This document shows, one piece after another, positions 1 through 7,393 of a stretch of 29,468 nucleotides of DNA (positions within the stretch are counted from its first letter, which is position 1; every line of letters begins with the position of its first letter). This DNA comes from a virus. Its lineage: Duplodnaviria; Caudoviricetes. Where the stretch lies: positions 1 through 29,468 of the IMG/VR virus record IMGVR_UViG_3300017707_000095, one strand, 5' to 3'. The translations under genes and the position numbers were made by a program. Below the pieces are notes generated by a model. That model was not told where the DNA came from. It ran no database searches and saw only the letters and a list, made by a program, of their open reading frames with translations.

Positions 1-10
1 AGGAGCCATC

Positions 11-1759
11 ATGTCTGACATGGCAAAACAGGCCCGCGCGGCCATGAAAGCAAAGGCCAAGAGCCTTACTACAGCCGACCCACACCAAAAGGTTGATTCG
101 TCCACTTGGACCCCGCCAGAGCCGTTGAACACGACTGCCAAGACTGGGATGCGTCCCGTCAGCCGCCGTGCATTTAAGGCGGGTGGTAAGGTTGAGGGCG
201 AAAAGGCCAAGTGCAACATGGGTCGCAAGCCGCGTAAGTCCGGTGGCGAAGCTACAAGCTGGGTTAACGCTAAGATTAACCGTAACGTGAAAGATGCCAA
301 CGAAGAGCGTGAAGGCATCAAGCACGTTGGTGGCATGAAGAAGGGTGGCCGTGCAAAAAAAGAAGAAGGTGGTCCAGCCATTAAAAAAATTCCTATGGGA
401 CAGTCTGGGTTGAGCCCTGAAGACAAGGCTGCGTGGGATAAGAAGCTCGAAGCGCCTTATACTGGCCGTCCGTTTGGCAGTGCAGATAAAGTTACCCCAC
501 AGTCAAAAACCACTAAAGAACTTAGCGGACATTTGTCGTTTGGTGGTGATTATAAAAAAGGCGGTCGTACAAAACGCAACACCGGCGGCGGCACCTTTAC
601 CAAGGGCGGCAAAGACTATCGCATGACCCCGAATGGCCCTCGTCCGCTTGAGGATGAAGGTCCAGCTCCTAAACAGCCCCCGATCCCGCAGCGCCCTCAG
701 CGCGAGCCGGAAAAGGGAATGACGGGTGAGGAGGCTTCAGAGTTTATGAAGGCTCGCAAGTCAGGTGGCCGCGCCAAGAAAGCAGGCGGTGGCGATCTTG
801 AGGCTTACGGCAAGGGCGTTTCCGGCGCTGCTGACATGATGAAGAAGGCATCGGCTCGCGCTGGTGTTCCCGGTGGCTTGTATGGCTCTGGCTTTACCCG
901 CGTTGGCGCAGGCAAGCTTTCGCCGGCTGGCGCGGCAATGCCCATGACCCGCATGAAGAAGGGCGGCAAGGCGGAAGCCAAGGAAGAGAGCTACAACGCT
1001 CTTCGCGCCAAGGGTGGCACTCAGGTCATGGGTAGCTACAAGAAGGGTGGCGAGGCCAAGCATCCTGATGAGGCTATGGATCGCGCTCTCTTCAAGAAAA
1101 TGGAAAAGGCTGAAGCCAAGAAGGAACGCCGCGAAGATGAGAAAGCCGATAAGGCGCTTATCAAGAAAATGGTGAAGCCAGAAGCTCGCACAGGCCGTGC
1201 ATCCGGCGGTCGCACCAAGACCAAAGGCAAGACCAACATCAACATCGTCATTGCTGCCGGTAAGCCTGCCGGTCAGGGCGATATGATGCCTCCGGGCGGT
1301 CCTACGCTTCCTCCGGGCATGGGCGCTGCACCTGGCGGCCTTCCGATTCCGGTTCCTGCTGCTGGCGGCGCTGCCGGTGGCGCACCGATGCCTATGCCGA
1401 TGCCTATGCCTATGCCTGCACCAGCGCCCGCTGCTGGCCCGGCACCTACGCCTCGCAGGGATGGCGGTCGCCTTACTAAGCGCGCAGCGTCCTACAAGGA
1501 CATGGAAGCAGGCGCAGGCTCTGGCGAGGGTCGTCTTCAGAAGACGGACATTGCCAAGCGCATCCCAAAGCCAACCGAAAATGGCGTGATTGGCACGACG
1601 AACCTTGGCTATCCTAACAAGGTGCCGGGTGCTACCGGTGGCCGTACAGCCCGCAAGGCTGGTGGTAAGGCTTATCGTTCGTACAAGGACATGGATGCTG
1701 GCGCGGGTTCCGGCATGGGTCGTTTGGAAAAGACGGAAATCCAAGCGCGTAAGGGATGA
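11..1759 (+). CDS. Lys/Arg/Gly-rich, probably disordered protein with about 15 xxGG motifs; putative capsid-internal protein
   Basis: 582-aa ORF with AGGAG at 1-5 before the ATG; low-complexity basic composition, Pro-Met tract, duplicated C-terminal 21-aa unit. Function is inference. Confidence 0.8.
   Translation: MSDMAKQARAAMKAKAKSLTTADPHQKVDSSTWTPPEPLNTTAKTGMRPVSRRAFKAGGKVEGEKAKCNMGRKPRKSGGEATSWVNAKINRNVKDANEEREGIKHVGGMKKGGRAKKEEGGPAIKKIPMGQSGLSPEDKAAWDKKLEAPYTGRPFGSADKVTPQSKTTKELSGHLSFGGDYKKGGRTKRNTGGGTFTKGGKDYRMTPNGPRPLEDEGPAPKQPPIPQRPQREPEKGMTGEEASEFMKARKSGGRAKKAGGGDLEAYGKGVSGAADMMKKASARAGVPGGLYGSGFTRVGAGKLSPAGAAMPMTRMKKGGKAEAKEESYNALRAKGGTQVMGSYKKGGEAKHPDEAMDRALFKKMEKAEAKKERREDEKADKALIKKMVKPEARTGRASGGRTKTKGKTNINIVIAAGKPAGQGDMMPPGGPTLPPGMGAAPGGLPIPVPAAGGAAGGAPMPMPMPMPMPAPAPAAGPAPTPRRDGGRLTKRAASYKDMEAGAGSGEGRLQKTDIAKRIPKPTENGVIGTTNLGYPNKVPGATGGRTARKAGGKAYRSYKDMDAGAGSGMGRLEKTEIQARKG
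1385..1417 (+). repeat. Hexamer tandem repeat (CCK-ATG)n encoding PMPMPMPMPMP
   Basis: ccg atg cct atg ccg atg cct atg cct atg cct read directly in the sequence. Confidence 0.85.
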
Positions 1760-1801
1760 TTCATGGACGGGCTGGGGTAAAACTCAGACAACCGTGAATC
1801 G

Positions 1802-1838
1802 GGTGGAAGCAGGGTCCCCCCTCTTGCTTCCACCCTTT
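1802..1838 (+). terminator. Intrinsic terminator-like hairpin with C-rich loop
   Basis: GGTGGAAGCAGG (1802-1813) pairs with CTTGCTTCCACC (1823-1834), followed by TTTT. Confidence 0.65.
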
Positions 1839-1867
1839 CATAAGGGGGGCCGTTGAGGGGAACGGTT

Positions 1868-2077
1868 ATGGCTACGACATATCAAGCCTACTACAGGCAT
1901 GAATTGAATAAACTTCTGAATGAAGAAATACAGCGAATGACAGATAAAGTGACTGGTTCTTACCAAGCAATCACTGATTTTGCTGACTACCGATACCATA
2001 TCGGAGTCATCAATGGACTTCGTAAGGCTTTAGAGCTTTGCGATGAAGCGGAAGCCGTTGTTAACGGCAAGGAGTAA
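1868..2077 (+). CDS. Small hypothetical phage protein (69 aa)
   Basis: ATG at 1868 preceded by GAGGGG, preferred over the TTG at 1853; helical sequence with Y-x-x-x-x-G-x-I-x-G-L pattern often seen just upstream of phage groES genes. Confidence 0.7.
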   Translation: MATTYQAYYRHELNKLLNEEIQRMTDKVTGSYQAITDFADYRYHIGVINGLRKALELCDEAEAVVNGKE

Positions 2078-2089
2078 AAGGGGAAAACG

Positions 2090-2482
2090 ATGCCTTACAT
2101 GGTTATGGAACATGGTGAAGACCCGGCCAAGCCGTTGCTTGAGCAAGCTGGTGATCTTGCCAACGTAGAGGTCTTTAATAACCAGCTTTTAGTGGCTGTT
2201 TATGTCCGTCCTCAGAAAACAAAGTCAGGAATTTACCTTACCGACAAAACGACTGACGAAGATCAGTATCAGTCCAAGGTTGGTTTGGTGTTGAAGAAGG
2301 GTCCATCTGCTTTCAATGACGCAACCGGCGAATGGTTTAACGGCGTCACCATTAACGAAGGCGATTGGATTGTATTCCGCCCATCTGATGGGTGGAGTGT
2401 CACCGTCAATGGGCAAATTTGCCGTATGATTGACGATGTGAACGTCAGGGGTCGCATTGATCACCCTGATCGTGTGTGGTGA
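2090..2482 (+). CDS. groES: GroES/Cpn10-like co-chaperonin
   Basis: NQLLV...KTKSGIYL mobile loop, GLVLKKGP, GDWIVF, G...V.G...RMIDD..V.G match the Cpn10 pattern. Confidence 0.85.
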   Translation: MPYMVMEHGEDPAKPLLEQAGDLANVEVFNNQLLVAVYVRPQKTKSGIYLTDKTTDEDQYQSKVGLVLKKGPSAFNDATGEWFNGVTINEGDWIVFRPSDGWSVTVNGQICRMIDDVNVRGRIDHPDRVW

Positions 2483-2493
2483 GGAGAAAACTC

Positions 2494-3408
2494 ATGGATA
2501 ACAAAGACGAACAGATGGAAATTGATCTTGGTGATACGCCAAAAGTAGAAGCCAAGGTTGAAGAAGACCCGGTAATTGAGATCATAGACGAAAATGCGCC
2601 TGAAACCCCGGTTGTTGAGGCTAAAGAGCCTGCAAAAACCAAGGTTGTTGACGAAAAAGACCCTGAAGAAGCGCTAAAAACGCTTCAAAAGAAGCTTGAT
2701 AGCGAGCGCAAAGCCCGTGAAGAGGCCGAACGCCGTGCGCAGGCTGCTGCTGGCGAGGTTTCTGAGACAAATATGCACCTTGTAGCGACTGCTATTGAGA
2801 CAGTGAGCCGCGAACAGGACATGTTGAAGGCTCAACTTCGCGATGCAATGGCCATTGGCGACTTTGACAAGGCTGCTGACATTCAGGCTGCTATGGTTGC
2901 TAACACAACCAACCTTAAGCAGCTTGAACGTGGCTTCGAGGAAATGAAAAACCAGCCTCGTCAGCCGGTTCAGCCTATGCCGCGCCAAGAAATCACGGTT
3001 GATGACCTTATTGATAAGGTTACGCCGCGTTCTGCTGAATGGTTGCGTTCAAATCGGGAAGCAATTCCTGATACCCGTGCCATTCGCATCATGGGTCGCG
3101 CGCATGAAGACGCTATCGACATGGGCATCATTCCTGAATCGGATGAGTATTTCCGATTTGTGGAGGGCCGTCTGGGCATTGGCAAACAGGAACAGCGTTA
3201 CGAGGATGCATCCTCTGGCGCGGCAAAGCCTGTGAAAAGCCGACAGTCACCGCCTGCTGCACCGGTTTCTCGCGAACCTGTTGGGGCATCTAGCCGTCCC
3301 GGCACGATCCGTTTGACCGCCGCAGAGGTGGAAGCAGCCAAAATCAGCGGTATTAGCCCTGCTGAGTATTACAAAAACAAACTTCGCGATCAGAATCGCC
3401 TGAACTAA
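2494..3408 (+). CDS. Putative capsid scaffolding protein
   Basis: GAGGAG then ATG at 2494; acidic N-terminus, coiled-coil middle, short C-terminal helical motif (LTAAEVEAAKISGISPAEYYK); lies upstream of the capsid genes. Confidence 0.6.
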   Translation: MDNKDEQMEIDLGDTPKVEAKVEEDPVIEIIDENAPETPVVEAKEPAKTKVVDEKDPEEALKTLQKKLDSERKAREEAERRAQAAAGEVSETNMHLVATAIETVSREQDMLKAQLRDAMAIGDFDKAADIQAAMVANTTNLKQLERGFEEMKNQPRQPVQPMPRQEITVDDLIDKVTPRSAEWLRSNREAIPDTRAIRIMGRAHEDAIDMGIIPESDEYFRFVEGRLGIGKQEQRYEDASSGAAKPVKSRQSPPAAPVSREPVGASSRPGTIRLTAAEVEAAKISGISPAEYYKNKLRDQNRLN

Positions 3409-3418
3409 GGAGAAAATC

Positions 3419-4024
3419 ATGGAAAATACAGCAACTACCCCAAAGCGCCGTGGTCGCCCGCCCCGTCCTGCTAAGGATTTGTTGGCAGCAGCGCCCGCAG
3501 AAGTCGTTTCTGAAGCCGTGGCGCGGCCAATTGAGCGCCCTGACATGAGGCCAAACATGCGTGAAGAAGACCCGCGCGTTGCCGCAGCCCGCCGTGCAGC
3601 CGAAATCCGTGCTAATCAGGTTCAGGATGATGGCGTGGATGAGTTTAAACTGCCCCCAGCGCCTGATGGTTGGACCTATGAATGGAAAACCAAGGCTGTT
3701 TTGGGCCAAATTAACCATGCTCACATGACGGAACTCTACCGTCAGGGCTGGGAAGAGGTCCCAACTGCGCGTCACCCGGAAGAAATGCCATTTGACGGCA
3801 ATTATCCGACAATTGAGCGCAAAGGCATGGTCCTTATGCAGCGTCCGACTGTGATTGTGGAAGAAGCCCGCGCCATGCAGCTTATGAAAGCCCGCAGTCA
3901 GGTTAAATTCAAGGAAGAACAGCTTAATGGCCCGCCGGAAGGTGGCCTTGGGCATCGTGATCATGCTCAAGTTAAGCCTAAAATTACAAAAGGGTTTGAA
4001 CCGATCCCTGTCCCTAAAGAGTAA
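3419..4024 (+). CDS. Hypothetical head-module protein
   Basis: 201-aa ORF with AAGGAG RBS; basic N-terminus (KRRGRPPR) and a compact domain PDGWTYEWK...QGWEEVP...GMVLMQRP. Confidence 0.75.
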   Translation: MENTATTPKRRGRPPRPAKDLLAAAPAEVVSEAVARPIERPDMRPNMREEDPRVAAARRAAEIRANQVQDDGVDEFKLPPAPDGWTYEWKTKAVLGQINHAHMTELYRQGWEEVPTARHPEEMPFDGNYPTIERKGMVLMQRPTVIVEEARAMQLMKARSQVKFKEEQLNGPPEGGLGHRDHAQVKPKITKGFEPIPVPKE

Positions 4025-4508
4025 CTTTTGAAAATGGCCCGTGCAGTTCTTCTGCTGCTTTGCAATATGCTGCATGGGCCTCTTCAGGTGTAGTAAAGTT
4101 ACCTAACCATTTTTGTTTTTTATCAACTACAATTCTAGCGCGCCATTTCTTAATTCTTTTGTCGTATCCAACCCCCTTTAGCCCAGCCAAATTATCCTTT
4201 CTAACTTTAGCGTTCTGGCAATTTTGATCATGTGTTGCAACACGAAGGTTTGACAGTCTATTATCTGACCTGTTGCCATTGATGTGGTCAACTTGATCTG
4301 TTGAGCTAATTGAAGTTCCACTGATAATCATAGCAAGCCTGTGCGCTAAATAAGATTTGCCATTGAGAGTTATCGAGATATATCCGCGATTGTGCTTTGT
4401 TCCTGCAATGTCTCCTTTTTTTATATGCCCTTTCTTATCTACTTTCCATGTAAACAAACCTGTTTTTGGGTCATAAGCTAGTTGCTTGTGTAATCCATCC
4501 ATATCCAT
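4014..4508 (-). mobile_element. Free-standing HNH homing endonuclease with C-terminal AP2-like DNA-binding domain
   Basis: YDPKTGLFTW N-terminus, YLAHRLA, VDHINGNRSDNRLSNLR (HNH_3-type), KGV...KWRARI...LG.F.TPEEAHAAY (AP2); GGAGG RBS on the minus strand; visibly more AT-rich than its neighbours; the only convincing minus-strand gene. Confidence 0.92.
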
Positions 4509-4533
4509 AACAGCCTCCAGCTACTGCATGAGC

Positions 4534-4561
4534 ATAATGGAGTATGCTTAACAGTTGTCAA
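4534..4561 (-). promoter_or_regulatory. Possible sigma70-like promoter for the HNH gene
   Basis: Minus strand reads TTGACA (4561-4556), 16-nt spacer, CATTAT. Confidence 0.35.
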
Positions 4562-4583
4562 GCGTAATTTATTTATGTATTGT
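4555..4583 (+). promoter_or_regulatory. Possible sigma70-like promoter for the capsid operon
   Basis: TTGTCA (4555-4560), 17-nt AT-rich spacer, TATTGT (4578-4583); would start transcription just before the hairpins at 4591. Confidence 0.5.
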
Positions 4584-4590
4584 TTCTGTT

Positions 4591-4682
4591 AATTCTCCCC
4601 GGCGTGAGAATTTCGCCTGTTTTGTCCTCGTAGTTGCCCCGGTGTGCGACGAAAGGGATGCTCCTGAAAAGGAGTTGCCATT
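4591..4682 (+). promoter_or_regulatory. Structured 5' leader: two hairpins with CCCGGYGT loops and an RBS-sequestering hairpin
   Basis: AATTCTC-cccggcgt-GAGAATT (4591-4612); GTTGC-cccggtgt-GCGAC (4633-4650); GCTCCT-gaaa-AGGAGT (4660-4675). Confidence 0.6.
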
Positions 4683-5273
4683 ATGGCAAACACTAATGCC
4701 CCCTTTGGGTTTTCTCAGTACAGCGGCACTGGTTCGGCCCCGACCTATGAACAGGTTCCGGTCCAGATCGCCTACAATGCTTCCGCCATTTACTATGGCG
4801 ATCCCGTAGAACCCGATGCAAATGGTCAGGTTATCCGTGGTGACGGCACGACCGCTGCTGCTGGTATTGCTGGCGTTTTCGTTGGCTGTAAGTACCTTTC
4901 GGTCGCCCAGAAGCGCACCGTTTGGTCCAACTACTGGCCGGGCTCTGATGTTTCTTCTGCCAACACGGTTGAAGGCTACATCGTCAACGACCCGAACGCT
5001 AAGTTTGTGGTTCAGACGGGCTCGACGGGTGCAACCCAGTCCACTGTCAACTTGCTCATCGGCTATGACATTGGCACGGGCAACGCAAACAATGGTCTGT
5101 CGGGCGCTTTCGTTGATGTAACGACTGCGGCTGCTGGCACCACCACCCTTCCCTTCCGAGTTATTGGCCTTGTCACTGAGCCTCCGGGTTCTGCTGGCAC
5201 TGAGGCTGGCGCGTACAACCGCGTCATCGTTGCGTTTAACAACGTGACGACCAAGAACGCCACCGGCATCTAA
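4683..5273 (+). CDS. Putative capsid decoration / minor head protein
   Basis: 196 aa, beta-rich with small residues (AIYYGDPV, GVFVGC, VNDPNAKFVVQ), immediately upstream of the major capsid gene. Confidence 0.65.
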   Translation: MANTNAPFGFSQYSGTGSAPTYEQVPVQIAYNASAIYYGDPVEPDANGQVIRGDGTTAAAGIAGVFVGCKYLSVAQKRTVWSNYWPGSDVSSANTVEGYIVNDPNAKFVVQTGSTGATQSTVNLLIGYDIGTGNANNGLSGAFVDVTTAAAGTTTLPFRVIGLVTEPPGSAGTEAGAYNRVIVAFNNVTTKNATGI

Positions 5274-5288
5274 TAGGAGTTAGGGACC

Positions 5289-6194
5289 ATGGCAGTTAAT
5301 CTTTCAGCCATTAAAGACCTTCTCCTCCCCGGCCTCCGTGGGGTTGAAGGCAAGTACGAGATGATCCCGTCTCAGTACGACAAAATCTTCACCAAGCATG
5401 AGTCGCGCATGGCTCTGGAACGCACTGCTGAAATGCGTTTCTTGGGTCTTGCACAGCTTAAGACCGAAGGCGGCCAGACTGCTTTCGATAACAATGCTGG
5501 TGAGCGTTACGTGTATAACCAAGAGCATACTGAAATTGCTCTCGGCTACGCGATTACTCGTAAGGCCATTGATGACAACCTCTATAAGACCCAGTTCGCT
5601 CCGTCGAACCTCGGCCTTATCGAGTCCTTCCAGCAGACGAAGGAAATCTACGGCGCGAACATCCTCAACACCTCGACCACCTACAATGGTGCCGTTGGTG
5701 GTGACGGTAAGGCGCTTGTTGCTAGCGATCACCCGATTGATGGCAGCACGGTTTCCAACTATGCGACGAGCGAACTCAACGAGTCGACTCTTCTGAACAG
5801 CATGATTGCAGTTCGTACGAACTTCAAAGATCAGGCTGGCCTGAAGGTGTTTGCTCGCGCGCGTAAGCTCATCGTTCCGCCGCAGCTTGAGCCTGTTGCA
5901 ATTCGTCTGACGAAGACTGAACTGCGTCCTGGCACGGCAGACAATGATGTCAATGCGATCATGATGACCTCCGGCGGCCTGCCTGAGTCCTACATGGTCA
6001 ACGACTTCTTGACCTCTGCTACGGCTTGGTTCCTGCTTACGAACATTGACGGTCTCTCCTACATGGAGCGCGTGAAGTTCGAAACAGATATGCAAGTCGA
6101 TTTCGTTACAGATAACCTGCTGGTTAAGGGTTACGAACGGTATTCGTTCGGCTATTACAATTGGCGTGCCATTTATGGCTCGATCCCATCGTAA
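5289..6194 (+). CDS. Major capsid protein, Mu gpT-like (HK97 fold)
   Basis: 301 aa; LLPGL, K.EG...FD, ALGYAIT..AI.DNLY, GGDGKAL...DHP, KLIVPPQL, NDFLTS.TAWFL.T, ERYSFG...WR.IYGS are motifs I recognise from gpT-like capsids of environmental phages. Confidence 0.88.
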   Translation: MAVNLSAIKDLLLPGLRGVEGKYEMIPSQYDKIFTKHESRMALERTAEMRFLGLAQLKTEGGQTAFDNNAGERYVYNQEHTEIALGYAITRKAIDDNLYKTQFAPSNLGLIESFQQTKEIYGANILNTSTTYNGAVGGDGKALVASDHPIDGSTVSNYATSELNESTLLNSMIAVRTNFKDQAGLKVFARARKLIVPPQLEPVAIRLTKTELRPGTADNDVNAIMMTSGGLPESYMVNDFLTSATAWFLLTNIDGLSYMERVKFETDMQVDFVTDNLLVKGYERYSFGYYNWRAIYGSIPS

Positions 6195-6198
6195 TCGT

Positions 6199-6228
6199 AA
6201 GAGGGTGGGGGTTCGCTCCCACCCTTTT
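6199..6228 (+). terminator. Intrinsic terminator after the major capsid gene
   Basis: AAGAGGGTGGGGG-ttcg-CTCCCACCCTTTT: long GC stem, UUCG loop, U-tract. Confidence 0.8.
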
Positions 6229-6231
6229 CAT

Positions 6232-6301
6232 CTTGGTGTATAGTTCACGTTGACCGGCCAAGCGGACTTTGCACAGACAACGTGGACGTAAGTGCAGGAG
6301 G
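6232..6301 (+). ncRNA. Structured RNA element downstream of the gpT-like gene (candidate Mu-gpT-DE-like motif)
   Basis: 10-bp stem 6243-6252/6278-6287, inner CCG/CGG hairpin, two potential pseudoknots; the location matches the described context of the Mu-gpT-DE motif, but no covariance-model match was tested. Confidence 0.5.
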
Positions 6302-6306
6302 ACCCT

Positions 6307-6762
6307 ATGGGTACGACTACTTTTACCGGCCCGATCAAGGCTGGTAACATCCTGAACACCAGCGGTTCTACGCTTGGTCAGGATGTCACCAATGTTGGTT
6401 TTGTTGTCATGGCGCAGTCTTCTGCGGTGACCCAAGCCAGCGGCGCAACTAGCATTGTGATCCCCGCCAATAGCCAAATTCTTAGCATCAGCGTGATGGT
6501 TACGACTGTATGGGATGGTGCTGCCACCACCTTTGGAGTTGGAACCACTGCGTCTGCCACCTTCTTGACCGCCGCAGGCGCTCTTGATGGTGCGGCTGTC
6601 GGCCCCTTGTCGGCAACGCCCGGCACGGATGCAACCCGCGCAGGAAACTGGAATGATGTTGGCACGACTGATCGCAAGATCGCTGTCACCTCTACCAACA
6701 CCGGTGCTGGCGTGGGTGTCATCACGGTCACTTATATTCAGGCTCGTAACCTGACTCCGTAA
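6307..6762 (+). CDS. Putative virion structural protein (head-associated)
   Basis: AGGAGG then ATG at 6307 (MGTTTFTGPIKAG); Thr/Ala/Gly-rich beta protein with IPANSQI...VTYIQ. Confidence 0.7.
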   Translation: MGTTTFTGPIKAGNILNTSGSTLGQDVTNVGFVVMAQSSAVTQASGATSIVIPANSQILSISVMVTTVWDGAATTFGVGTTASATFLTAAGALDGAAVGPLSATPGTDATRAGNWNDVGTTDRKIAVTSTNTGAGVGVITVTYIQARNLTP

Positions 6763-6784
6763 TCTAGAGCTATAGGAGGCTCAC

Positions 6785-7072
6785 ATGAAGGGTCGTAGCA
6801 AGCGTGCAAGCGGTGGCGTCAACCAGATGGCGCAGGATGCTGGCAAAAAGAATCTCCGTTACACCTACCAGTCTAATGTTCAGGACGAAGCCGAAGAGCG
6901 TAAGCGCGGCGGCAAGACCATGGGCAAGATGGAAGGCAAGAAGTCCAAGGCTAACATGGGCCGTCCTGCCCGTAAGTCTGGCGGTCGCGCTGGCTCGAAC
7001 ATGAGCCCGCTTTCGTCGGCTGCTAAGGGAACTCCGGCTCCGGGCCGTAACGTGTCTGGTAGCCTTGATTAA
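6785..7072 (+). CDS. Small basic protein with three R/K-xxGG motifs
   Basis: AGGAGG RBS; RASGG, RKRGG, RKSGG; shares a 20-aa segment with ORF 11-1759. Confidence 0.8.
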   Translation: MKGRSKRASGGVNQMAQDAGKKNLRYTYQSNVQDEAEERKRGGKTMGKMEGKKSKANMGRPARKSGGRAGSNMSPLSSAAKGTPAPGRNVSGSLD

Positions 7073-7107
7073 GAGGGGTCCCCTCCCTGCTCCTTAAGGC
7101 TATCAGG

Positions 7108-7132
7108 GCGGGGGCTTCATGCCCCCGCTTTC
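7108..7132 (+). terminator. Intrinsic terminator-like hairpin
   Basis: GCGGGGGC-ttcat-GCCCCCGC followed by TTTC (short U-tract). Confidence 0.65.
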
Positions 7133-7146
7133 ACTAGGAGAGCACC

Positions 7147-7392
7147 ATGGCACGTACTCCTGCATGGCAAAGATCAGAAGGTAAGTCGCCGTCTGGTGGC
7201 TTGAATGAAAAAGGCCGTGCAAGCCTACGTGCTGCCGGTCATGACATTAAGCGACCCCAGCCAGAAGGCGGATCGCGCAAAGACAGCTTTTGCGCCCGTA
7301 TGACTGGTATGAAGCGCAAGCTTACTGGCTCGGCCAAGGCTGCTGATCCCGACAGCCGTATCAACAAAGCTCTTAGAAAGTGGGACTGCTAA
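7147..7392 (+). CDS. Small basic phage protein (DUF6321-like)
   Basis: WQRSEGK...GGLNEKGRAS and RKDSFCARM.GMK.KLT...DPDSRINKALRKWDC, recognised from a common phage family; AGGAG RBS. Confidence 0.75.
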   Translation: MARTPAWQRSEGKSPSGGLNEKGRASLRAAGHDIKRPQPEGGSRKDSFCARMTGMKRKLTGSAKAADPDSRINKALRKWDC

Positions 7393-7393
7393 C

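Noticed and set aside
761-1744. Long minus-strand ORFs (327 aa here; also 3353-4075, 5304-6095, 20774-21553, 23417-24610, 24661-25437, 24789-25589)
   Set aside because: They are antisense shadows of well-supported + strand genes with biased codon usage; no RBS or recognisable motifs.
4014-4508. HNH gene as part of a group I intron or intein
   Set aside because: It is on the opposite strand between two intact genes, has its own RBS, and no interrupted host gene or intron core is evident.
5289-6194. GG dipeptides in the capsid protein (KTEGG, AVGG, MTSGG) and in glycine-rich fibres as members of the GG-motif system
   Set aside because: They lie within folded conserved regions or generic poly-Gly tracts and were not counted; they do show that the motif has a background rate.
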